A DNA stretch of 63,253 nucleotides, filler included. It is 5 parts of 5 records of this genome, joined end to end, with 100 filler letters (N's around TTAATTAATTAA, not from the genome) between each part and the next. Parts side by side here need not be neighbours in the genome. Positions count along the whole stretch, not along the records: positions 40,311 to 50,428 come from SRR2962707_4589; positions 50,529 to 63,253 come from SRR2962707_4590; 3 more parts are not named here. One strand, given 5' to 3'. Position 1 is the stretch's first letter, and every line of letters starts with the position of its first letter. Of this stretch, positions 47,143-55,049 are shown piece after piece. Below the pieces are notes generated by a model. That model was not told where the DNA came from. It saw only the letters and a list, made by a program, of their open reading frames with translations, and made no database searches. Both the position numbers and the translations under genes were made by a program.

Positions 47143-48411
47143 ATGCTGCAAGTTCTGAGAAGCTCATGGGCGCTGTTGCTCGGGATGTTGCTGCTGATGC
47201 TTGGCAACGGTTTGCAGGGCTCGCTTCTGGGGGTGCGCGGCGGTGCCGAAGGATTCTCTGCCTTTCAGATGTCGATCGTCATGTCCGCTTATTTCGCGGG
47301 TTTCCTGTTTGCGTCGCGCATGACGCCCGGCATGATCCGTCGGGTTGGGCACGTGCGGGTCTTTGCAGCACTTGGGTCGTTCATTTCGGCAGTGATTATC
47401 CTCTATCCGGCATGGCCAAACCCCTGGGTCTGGGCCATCGGGCGGGTGGCCATCGGGTTCTGTTTCTGCGGCGTCTATGTGACGGCAGAAAGCTGGCTGA
47501 ACAATTCCGCCACCAATGAAAACCGTGGTCAGGCGCTGTCGCTTTACATGATCGTGCAAACCGTCGGCATCATTGCCGCGCAGGGCCTGTTGTTGATCCC
47601 CGATCCCAGTGGTTTTCTGCTGTTCGTGATCCCGTCCGTGCTGGTCTCGGTTGCCTTTGCACCCATCCTTTTGTCGATCAGCCCGACCCCGGCGTTTGAA
47701 ACGACCAAAGGCATGAGCCTTGCGCAGCTATACAAAACCTCGCCTCTGGGGTGCGTCGGTATGTTCCTGCTGGGTGGTGTGTTTGCGGCGCAGTTCGGTA
47801 TGTCGGCAGTTTACGGGACAGAGGCCGGTCTGAGCCTGGGACAGATTTCGCTGTTCGTATCATCCTTTTACGTCGGGGCGATGCTGATGCAGTACCCGCT
47901 GGGGTACCTGTCGGACCGTATGGACCGCCGCCATCTGGTGACGATTGTTGCGGGCATCGGTGGTGTTGCCGCTTGCGTCGCTGTGATATTCAACGGGCAT
48001 TTCTATATCCTGCTCGGGGCAGCGTTCCTGATCGGGGGGGCATCCAATCCGCTCTATTCGCTGCTCGCGGCCTATACCAACGACTTTTTGGCGACCGAGG
48101 ATATGGCAAGCGCCTCGGCCGGCCTGTTGTTTATCAACGGGTTGGGCGCGATCACAGGGCCGCTGATCACTGGTTGGGTGATGCAGCAGGTGGGACCGGC
48201 GGGTTATTTCATGCTGATCGCGGTACTGATGCTGACGCTGACGGCCTATGCCCTTTATCGGATGACACGCCGTCCGGCACCGGCGGTGGATTCGACCGGG
48301 GCGATGGCGGTTCTGTCGCCCACCGGGTCGCCCATTGCGATGGCCGTGGCGCAGGAATATGCCATCGAACAGGCCGAAGCAGCAGAAGAGGCGCGCGATG
48401 CAGCCGCCTGA
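47143..48411 (+). CDS. MFS transporter (YcaD-like)
   Basis: ~12 TM; RRVGHVRVFAA, AESWLN...NENRG, LSDRMDRR. ATG 47143 preferred. Confidence 0.9.
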   Translation: MLQVLRSSWALLLGMLLLMLGNGLQGSLLGVRGGAEGFSAFQMSIVMSAYFAGFLFASRMTPGMIRRVGHVRVFAALGSFISAVIILYPAWPNPWVWAIGRVAIGFCFCGVYVTAESWLNNSATNENRGQALSLYMIVQTVGIIAAQGLLLIPDPSGFLLFVIPSVLVSVAFAPILLSISPTPAFETTKGMSLAQLYKTSPLGCVGMFLLGGVFAAQFGMSAVYGTEAGLSLGQISLFVSSFYVGAMLMQYPLGYLSDRMDRRHLVTIVAGIGGVAACVAVIFNGHFYILLGAAFLIGGASNPLYSLLAAYTNDFLATEDMASASAGLLFINGLGAITGPLITGWVMQQVGPAGYFMLIAVLMLTLTAYALYRMTRRPAPAVDSTGAMAVLSPTGSPIAMAVAQEYAIEQAEAAEEARDAAA

Positions 48412-48526
48412 TATCGTCGCGCTGTGACGATCTGACACGAAAAGTTACTGTTCAATCAAAGTTTGCCAATTGTAACATTCCCAAGACATTGGAACGGACT
48501 GGCACTGACATGGCGAAGATCGGAGA

Positions 48527-49108
48527 ATGACGGTGACGCCCGAAGATATTCTGACGTACTGGCTTGACGACGTTGGCGAAAGCGGCTGGTACAAAAGCGA
48601 TCCCGAACTGGATGCGCAGATACGCAGCCGGTTTGAATCCACATGGAAGGCTGCAATGGAGGGTCGGTTCGGTTTCTGGCTGATCTATCCGGCCGGCACA
48701 CTGGCCTATACCATTCTGATGGACCAGTTGCCGCGCAACATGTTTCGGGGATCGGGCGAAAGCTTTGCTTCGGACAGCGTGGCGCTTGCGGTGGCGAAAC
48801 AGGCCATCGGTCGCGGTTGGGACCTCAAGATTGACGAACCGGCGCGACAGTTCTTTTATATGCCGCTGATGCATTCCGAAAACCTGAGCGATCAGGATCG
48901 CTGCATTCGCTTGATGAATGAACGCATGCCCAATTCGGGCGCGAACAACCTGCTGCACGCCCGCGCGCACCGCGAGGTTATCCGCCAGTTCGGCCGCTTT
49001 CCGACTCGCAGTGAGGCGCTGTCGAGAGGTCTGACGCGCAACGAACAGGCCTATGTCGCCTCTGGCGGCTATGGCCGGACGGTGCGCGAACTTCAGAAAT
49101 CTGTCTGA
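48527..49108 (+). CDS. DUF924 family protein
   Basis: ILMDQLPRNMFRG, FFYMPLMHSE, HREVIRQFGRFP.R. Confidence 0.9.
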   Translation: MTVTPEDILTYWLDDVGESGWYKSDPELDAQIRSRFESTWKAAMEGRFGFWLIYPAGTLAYTILMDQLPRNMFRGSGESFASDSVALAVAKQAIGRGWDLKIDEPARQFFYMPLMHSENLSDQDRCIRLMNERMPNSGANNLLHARAHREVIRQFGRFPTRSEALSRGLTRNEQAYVASGGYGRTVRELQKSV

Positions 49109-49242
49109 TCCATCTGGCCACCAGTGGCCCCAGTTGAGCCGACTAAAGAAGGGCACTGGTATCGCCCGCAATCTAAAAACAACCGATTGGGATGTTGATC
49201 AGGCAAGGCTGGTACGGCTGGCCCACGATCTGATGATAAGGC

Positions 49243-49830
49243 TCATCGCCGCTGGTCGAAAAACGCCGCGACGCGCGGTTGCAGCCAGTCCCAGAGCAGG
49301 GGCGCACCATTGGCAATTTTGGACCCAACCCGCGTCACCAGTGTGTCGTACTTCACGTCGTAGGTGACCCACGACCCGCCCCCCGAGGCGAGATTTTGGT
49401 TCGGTGGCTGAAACCGGTCAAGCGATTTGGCAAATTGGGCATCCGGGGTGGCGTTGGTTTCGAATTCGTCCCAAAGCGCGCGCAGACCAGTGCCCTGATC
49501 GTCGGGCAAAAGGCCAAACAGCCGTGTTGCAGCGGCAGATTCACTGTCGGCCAGAGCTGCCGCGTCATATTCGCCATAGATCGGGGCATCGCCTGCATCG
49601 ATTTCGACCAGATCATGCAGCAGCAGCATCCGGATCACCCGGTCTATATTCACGCCCTCGGGTGCATGTTCGCCCAACACCAGCGCATATAGCGCAATAT
49701 GCCAGCTGTGTTCGGCCGAATTTTCGAACCGCGATCCATCCGCAAGGGTGGTGGCACGGCTGACCGATTTCAACCGGTCAGCCGTGGTAAGAAACTCCAT
49801 CTGAGCAGTCAGGTGGGGCGAAGATGTCAT
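49243..49830 (-). CDS. HD-domain phosphohydrolase (YfbR/HDDC2-like)
   Basis: ENSAEHSW, MLLLHDLVEIDAGD, LWDEFE, AKSLDR.QP. Confidence 0.9.
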   Translation of the reverse strand: MTSSPHLTAQMEFLTTADRLKSVSRATTLADGSRFENSAEHSWHIALYALVLGEHAPEGVNIDRVIRMLLLHDLVEIDAGDAPIYGEYDAAALADSESAAATRLFGLLPDDQGTGLRALWDEFETNATPDAQFAKSLDRFQPPNQNLASGGGSWVTYDVKYDTLVTRVGSKIANGAPLLWDWLQPRVAAFFDQRR

Positions 49831-49858
49831 ACCGTAGTTTCCCGCAGAGCCGTTGCTG

Positions 49859-50428
49859 TCAGCGCGTCGATTCGGTCAGCCGACGTTTGACGTATTCGCT
49901 GACGTTGCCGATCATCGTACCCATATGCGGTTCTTCAAAGAAGTGGCCGGACCCTTCAATCTGTTCGTGGGTGATGGTGATGCCCTTCTGTTCCTTGAGC
50001 TTGCCAACCAATGTCCGCGTGTCAGCGGGCGGGGCGACGCGGTCGTTCAACCCGTTGATGATCAGGCCGGACGCCGGGCAGGGCGCAAGGAAGGAAAAGT
50101 CGTACATGTTGGCGGGCGGGCTGACCGAAACGAATCCGGTGATTTCCGGTCGCCGCATCAGCAATTGCATCCCGATCCAGGCCCCGAAGGAAAAACCTGC
50201 AACCCAGCAATGCTTGGAATTGTTGTTCATCGACTGAAGATAGTCGAGCGCCGACGCCGCATCGGACAGTTCGCCAACACCCTGATCGTATTCGCCTTGG
50301 CTACGCCCGACGCCGCGGAAATTGAACCGCAGCACGGTAAAGCCCATGTTGTAAAAGGCATAATGCAGGTTGTAGACGACCTTGTTGTTCATGGTGCCGC
50401 CAAATTGCGGATGCGGATGCAGCACGAT
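49859..50428 (-). CDS. Alpha/beta hydrolase (conserved alphaproteobacterial family), 5' truncated
   Basis: HPHPQFGGTMNN, RFNFRGVGRSQG, nucleophile GFSFG, GHFF. Confidence 0.9.
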   Translation of the reverse strand: MVLHPHPQFGGTMNNKVVYNLHYAFYNMGFTVLRFNFRGVGRSQGEYDQGVGELSDAASALDYLQSMNNNSKHCWVAGFSFGAWIGMQLLMRRPEITGFVSVSPPANMYDFSFLAPCPASGLIINGLNDRVAPPADTRTLVGKLKEQKGITITHEQIEGSGHFFEEPHMGTMIGNVSEYVKRRLTESTR

Positions 50429-50528
50429 NNNNNNNNNNNNNNNNNNNNNNNNNNNNNNNNNNNNNNNNNNNNTTAATTAATTAANNNNNNNNNNNNNNNN
50501 NNNNNNNNNNNNNNNNNNNNNNNNNNNN
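50429..50528. other. Artificial contig spacer
   Basis: 44 N + TTAATTAATTAA + 44 N. Confidence 0.98.
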
Positions 50529-51431
50529 GCCGTTGTGCTCGGCCGGCTTCCAGATGTCATGCTCTGGCTTGATCAGCGTGACGGCGAGCGGCAGGCCCAT
50601 GCCCGAGAGCGATTTTGCCATGGTGATCAGGTCGGGCGACAGGCCCATGCCATCAAACGAGAAAAAGCCGCCCGTACGACCGCAGCCGGCCTGAATGTCA
50701 TCGATGATGAACAGCGCACCGTGCTTGCGGGCGATCTTTTCGATCTGCTGCAGCCAGCTCCTGGATGCGGCATTGAGCCCGCCTTCACCCTGCACGGTCT
50801 CGACGATGATGGCGGCTGGCGCATCCACGCCGCTGGAGGGATCGGACAACTGGTGGTCCAGCAGGTCGGCTGTATTGATCTCGGGGCCATAATAGCCGTC
50901 AAAGGCGGCGCGGGTGACACCCGAAAGCGGGGTCGAGGCGCCGGCGCGGTGCTTGCCATTGCCGGTGGCGGCCAGTGCGCCCAGCGTCACGCCGTGAAAG
51001 CCATTGGTAAAGGAGATCACATTGTTGCGGCCGGTGACCTTGCGCGCCAGCTTGAGCGCGGCTTCAACGGCGTTGGCGCCAGTCGGTCCGGTAAACTGGA
51101 CGCGATGGTTCATGCCGCGGGGCTTGAGGATGTACTGTTCGAAATTGGCCAGGAAGTGCTCCTTGGCGTCGGTAAACATATCCAGGCCATGGGCTATGCC
51201 ATCGGCGGAGACGTACTCGATCAGTGCCGCCTTGAGATCAGGATCGTTGTGGCCATAGTTCAGGCTCGAACAACCGGCGAGGAAGTCGGTATAGGCCTTG
51301 CCGCTGGTGTCGTAGATCGTGGCGCCAACTGCCTTGTCGAACATCTTGGGAAAGCTGCGCGAATAGGAGCGCACCCGGCTTTCAACGCGGTCGAAAGTGG
51401 CAAGTGGCGAAGTGGTTTTGGTCAAAGTCAT
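50529..51431 (-). CDS. ectB: Diaminobutyrate--2-oxoglutarate transaminase, 3' truncated
   Basis: ESRVRSYSRSFP, NYGHN, QFTGPTGANAVEAALKLARK, DDIQAGCGRTG, PLP Lys MAKSLSG, W.PAEHNG. Confidence 0.96.
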
Positions 51432-51479
51432 AGAGCGCGTCTCCCAGGACGATTGTCAGTCAGAGATGAAAATGTCAGA

Positions 51480-52055
51480 TCAAGCTGCGGCCAGGCTGGC
51501 CACGCGATCCCGTTGAATTGGTCCGATCGACACGGCGAATTCGCTGGCATGTTCGCCGGCGAAATGGCTGTCTCGATCAAAGCGTTCGGCGCGCTGCAAT
51601 TGCGCGTTAAGCGCCTTGGCTACGGAGCCGAAGAGCGCCCATGATGCCTCATTGTCACCGGTAATGGTGCAACTCACCTGGGTCAGCTTTGCATTGCCCG
51701 CACGGGCTAGCGCGTCAGCGATCAGGCGTTTGCCCAGGCCTTGGCCGCGTGCTGCGTCGCTGACACAGACCTGCCAGACGAACAGTGTGTCGGGCTGGGC
51801 TGGCGGCACGTAGCCCGACATCCAGCCGACCACTTCGCCATCGCGCTCGGCGATGGTGCAGGTGTCGGCGAAATCCGAGCATTGCAGCAGATTGGCGTAG
51901 AGCGAATTGCTATCGAGTGCAGGTGTTGCCTCGATCAGCGCCCAGACCCGGGAGCCATCGGTATCCCGCGGGGCACGCAAGCGAATCTTCAGATCGCCAG
52001 ATGCATCTGCCTGATGCAACCCGGCCTTGTTCAGAACGGCATTCCCTTGAATCAT
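51480..52055 (-). CDS. ectA: Diaminobutyrate acetyltransferase
   Basis: LDSNSLYANLL..DFADTC, TLFVWQV.V...ARGQGLG, TITGDNEASWALF, HF.G.H..E; upstream of ectB. ATG 52055 preferred to TTG 52094, which lies upstream of the predicted promoter. Confidence 0.93.
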   Translation of the reverse strand: MIQGNAVLNKAGLHQADASGDLKIRLRAPRDTDGSRVWALIEATPALDSNSLYANLLQCSDFADTCTIAERDGEVVGWMSGYVPPAQPDTLFVWQVCVSDAARGQGLGKRLIADALARAGNAKLTQVSCTITGDNEASWALFGSVAKALNAQLQRAERFDRDSHFAGEHASEFAVSIGPIQRDRVASLAAA

Positions 52056-52061
52056 GGAGCG

Positions 52062-52091
52062 ACTATTTAGATCGTCAGAACTAAATGTCAA
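52062..52091 (-). promoter_or_regulatory. sigma70 promoter of ectAB overlapped by candidate EctR operator 1
   Basis: Minus strand reads TTGACA (52091-52086), then TAAATA (16-nt spacer) or AATAGT (18-nt spacer). The operator TTTAG-N10-CTAAA (52066-52085) fills the spacer. Confidence 0.65.
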
Positions 52092-52229
52092 CACGATCCG
52101 GCATCACATAATACCTTCCGCGGCAAGGTAAACTCAGGAAATCTATGCGTTCTGTGGGGTTGAGGTGATTTCCCCAGCCAAAGTTATTTTTGCACCCTCC
52201 GACGGCGAGAGCGCATTGTGATAAAACTG

Positions 52230-52252
52230 TTTAGATTCTGCGAACTAAATGT
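52230..52252 (+). promoter_or_regulatory. Candidate EctR operator 2 (upstream of ectR)
   Basis: TTTAGAT-TCTGC-GAACTAAATGT, matching TTTAGAT-CGTCA-GAACTAAATGT at 52066-52088 at all 18 positions outside the 5-nt centre. Confidence 0.7.
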
Positions 52253-52324
52253 GACGCAGGGCCGTTATCGCTTATCCGCTTGGGTTCAGTTTCCTATGGC
52301 GCTAGAGTATTGGAGTTGATCGAG

Positions 52325-52816
52325 ATGGGTGTTGCGTTGGAAAATCGGACCAAGGTTGCCTTGACTGCCATGCGCAAGATCCTGCGCACTACCGAGTTGA
52401 ACAGCAAGCGGTTGATGCAGGAAACCGGGCTGACACCATCTCAATTGATCTTCATGCAATTGCTCGACGACGAGCGCGAGCAGACCGCTGGCTATGTTGC
52501 CGGACGCATGGGCATTACCCAGGCTACCACCACGGCCCTGCTGCAAAAGCTTGAAGCGCTGGGCATGATACAGCGCCGCAAGGGCGAAACGGATCGCCGC
52601 CAGGTATGGCTGTCACTGACCGATGCGGGCCGAAAGGTGCTGACCATTGCTCCTGACGGGGTGCACGCCCGCTTTCAGGAGCAGTTCGCAGCCCTTGATG
52701 ATTGGGAACAGGCGATGCTGATTGCCTCGCTGGAACGGGTGGCAGCGCTACTGGGCAATGAGGATCAGGCCGCGGCAGCCGTGCTCGATGCAACGGCAGC
52801 CCTCTCAAGCGATTGA
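52325..52816 (+). CDS. ectR: MarR-family regulator divergent from ectA (EctR-like)
   Basis: A.RKI.R..ELNSKRL..ETGLT.SQL, DRRQV..SLT..G, F..L.DWEQ..LIASLERVA.LL; SD GGAG upstream of ATG 52325. Confidence 0.88.
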   Translation: MGVALENRTKVALTAMRKILRTTELNSKRLMQETGLTPSQLIFMQLLDDEREQTAGYVAGRMGITQATTTALLQKLEALGMIQRRKGETDRRQVWLSLTDAGRKVLTIAPDGVHARFQEQFAALDDWEQAMLIASLERVAALLGNEDQAAAAVLDATAALSSD

Positions 52817-52849
52817 GCGAGACGGCCATGGGCTCAAACTGAGTCTGAG

Positions 52850-52890
52850 TTGATCGGGGTCAAATATTGCGACAGGGGCGGTGCTAGGCT
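52850..52890 (+). promoter_or_regulatory. FixK/FnrN-type class II promoter
   Basis: TTGAT-CGGG-GTCAA (52850-52863) and -10-like TAGGCT (52885-52890); the box centre would be about -41.5 from a TSS near 52898. Confidence 0.75.
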
Positions 52891-52919
52891 TTGGACTTGC
52901 CAGCCTAGTGGAACACCCG

Positions 52920-53363
52920 ATGACTCTGCCCAATCGCCATATCGCGGCACTGGAACAAAGCTATAGTGAGCTGCTGGCGCTGTGTGACGCCCTCGAAACG
53001 GTGGCTGACAACCTGCCCCATGAGATCAATGCCCGGGTATGCCGTAGCCTGGCGGATGCACTTGAACCGCTGGTCGCCCGCACCCACCAGCAGGAAGAAG
53101 AGACACTTTTTCCTCTGCTGGCAGCGAGCCAGAATCCGCAGCTCAGCCGCACGCTGGCGCGATTGCGCGAAGAGCATCTGGCCGATCACAGCACCGCAGC
53201 CGAGGTCAGCGAAGCGCTACATGACCTGAGCGCAGGAGCGTCCAAGCTGTCGCCCGATGCTGTTGGTTATTTGCTGCGCTCCTTCTTTGAAAGCATGCGC
53301 CGCCATGTATTGAGCGAGCAGGAACTGCTCGCCATGGTCGGCCCGCCCCCGCTGCTGCATTAG
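52920..53363 (+). CDS. Hemerythrin/HHE-domain protein
   Basis: LCDALE.VAD.LP, H..EE..LFP, RLREEH..D, GYLLRSFFESMRRH...E. ATG 52920 fits the promoter geometry. Confidence 0.85.
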   Translation: MTLPNRHIAALEQSYSELLALCDALETVADNLPHEINARVCRSLADALEPLVARTHQQEEETLFPLLAASQNPQLSRTLARLREEHLADHSTAAEVSEALHDLSAGASKLSPDAVGYLLRSFFESMRRHVLSEQELLAMVGPPPLLH

Positions 53364-53466
53364 AGGTGAACCAAGGCAATGGCCATCTGAGCCTGATGGG
53401 CACATTGTGTATGCCCATGCGGGGCGCCATGGCCTAGTCTGTCAGCGTATAGCGAGGAGTCTGCGT

Positions 53467-54870
53467 TTGGACACAGGTGAAGCGGCGACAGGTTGGTCGG
53501 AGTTGTGGGGCGAACTGATCGAGGCGTTCGACTTCCTCAGCAGCGGGCTGTTCTCGCTGATTTGGCAGCCTTGGGGGCAGATCCAGATCGTAACCCTGCT
53601 GGTAGTGCTGGGCGTCACCTTTCTGATAGCGCGCCGAATTGAGCCGGTCTTTGAAAAATGGGTGCGCGGGCTCGAGACCAATCGGCGCACCATGCGGGCC
53701 TATGCGATCCTGCTGCGGCGGCTGCATCTGGTATTCTTTTGCGCCAGCACCTGGGCGATCTGGCTGGTGATGCGGATGACCACCTGGCCCAGCCGCTCCT
53801 ATCTGATCGGGGTGGTGGCGAGCATTGCCACGGTCTGGCTGGCAACGTCGCTGATCAGCAAGCTGGTCAAAAGCCCGCTGGTGGCCCGCCTGTTGACCGT
53901 CTGCGTCGTTGTGCTGGTGGCGCTTCAAATCCTGGGCGCCATCCCCATTGCCGCTTCAGTGCTCGACGCGGCGGCCCTGTCGGCAGGTGAGTTCCGCATC
54001 TCACTGCTTACAGTGGTCAAGACCATCTTCATTCTGAGCGTCTTGCTGACGATTTCGCAGATGATTTCGGGCTTCACCGAAACCCGGCTGCAATCGCTGG
54101 ACGAGATTTCTCCATCCATGCGCGTGCTGGCCGGCAAGCTGGTTCGGGTCGGCCTGTTCACCATCGCCATTGTGCTGGGTCTGCAATCGGTCGGGCTGGA
54201 CCTGACCACGCTAACCGTGTTTTCCGGCGCCATTGGTCTGGGGCTTGGTTTCGGACTGCAAAAGGTGGTGTCCAATCTGGTCAGCGGCGTCATCCTGCTG
54301 CTCGATAAATCGGTCAAGCCCGGCGATGTGATCGAAGTGGGCGATACCTTTGGCTGGATATCCAAGCTGGGTGCGCGCTTCGTTTCGGTGGTGACGCGCG
54401 ATGGTCGCGAATATCTCATCCCCAATGAGGATCTGATCACCAATCAGGTGGTCAACTGGTCCCACACCAATCCGCGGGTGCGGCTGGAAGTGGAGTTCGG
54501 GGTCTCCTATGAGTCAGACCCGCTGACCGTGCGCAAGGTGGCCATCGAGGCAGCCGCACAGCCCAAGCGCGTGCTCAGCGTTCCCGCGCCGGTCTGTCAC
54601 CTCAAGGGTTATGGCGATTCCTCGGTCGACTATGTGTTGCGGTTCTGGATTTCCGATCCCAGCGATGGCGTCATCAACATCAAGAGCGATGTGCTGATCG
54701 CGCTGTGGTACGGGCTTAAGCAGAACGGCATCGGCATTCCTTACCCGCGTCGCGACATCACCATCATCAAGCCTGTTGCTGTGACCTCCCCAGTGGACGA
54801 AAGGCCTGTTGCTGCAAAGCGCTCACGTCCCCGGTCCAAGGCCCCAAAACCTGCGGCCAAATCGCCCTAG
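53467..54870 (+). CDS. MscS-family mechanosensitive channel (multi-TM, MscK/YbiO-like)
   Basis: GAIGLGLGFGLQKVVSNLVSGVILL.DKSVKPGD.IEVG, IPNEDLIT..VVNWS, GI.IPYP.RD; SD GAGGAG 7 nt before TTG 53467. Confidence 0.93.
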   Translation: MDTGEAATGWSELWGELIEAFDFLSSGLFSLIWQPWGQIQIVTLLVVLGVTFLIARRIEPVFEKWVRGLETNRRTMRAYAILLRRLHLVFFCASTWAIWLVMRMTTWPSRSYLIGVVASIATVWLATSLISKLVKSPLVARLLTVCVVVLVALQILGAIPIAASVLDAAALSAGEFRISLLTVVKTIFILSVLLTISQMISGFTETRLQSLDEISPSMRVLAGKLVRVGLFTIAIVLGLQSVGLDLTTLTVFSGAIGLGLGFGLQKVVSNLVSGVILLLDKSVKPGDVIEVGDTFGWISKLGARFVSVVTRDGREYLIPNEDLITNQVVNWSHTNPRVRLEVEFGVSYESDPLTVRKVAIEAAAQPKRVLSVPAPVCHLKGYGDSSVDYVLRFWISDPSDGVINIKSDVLIALWYGLKQNGIGIPYPRRDITIIKPVAVTSPVDERPVAAKRSRPRSKAPKPAAKSP

Positions 54871-55049
54871 CGCGCCGCGCTCGCGTGGCTCGATTCGACG
54901 CAGAGCGCCCCAAAACCCAGCTGAACAGCCCGTGTCAGGAATTTCCTTCACTTCGGAATATGCTGTGATGTCAATGAATTGGCCCGTCAGGCCGCAGTAG
55001 CAAGAACTTGTGATGTAGCGCCCACCGACGGTCATGATAATGGCGAGGC

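Noticed and set aside
48423-48438. TGTGA-N6-GACAC as a CRP-like site before DUF924
   Set aside because: The right half-site is poor and there is no second example on the contig.
40311-50428. Search for accessory, defence or mobile genes in contig D
   Set aside because: All genes are ordinary conserved Rhodobacterales genes; no integrase, transposase, tRNA or repeat array seen.
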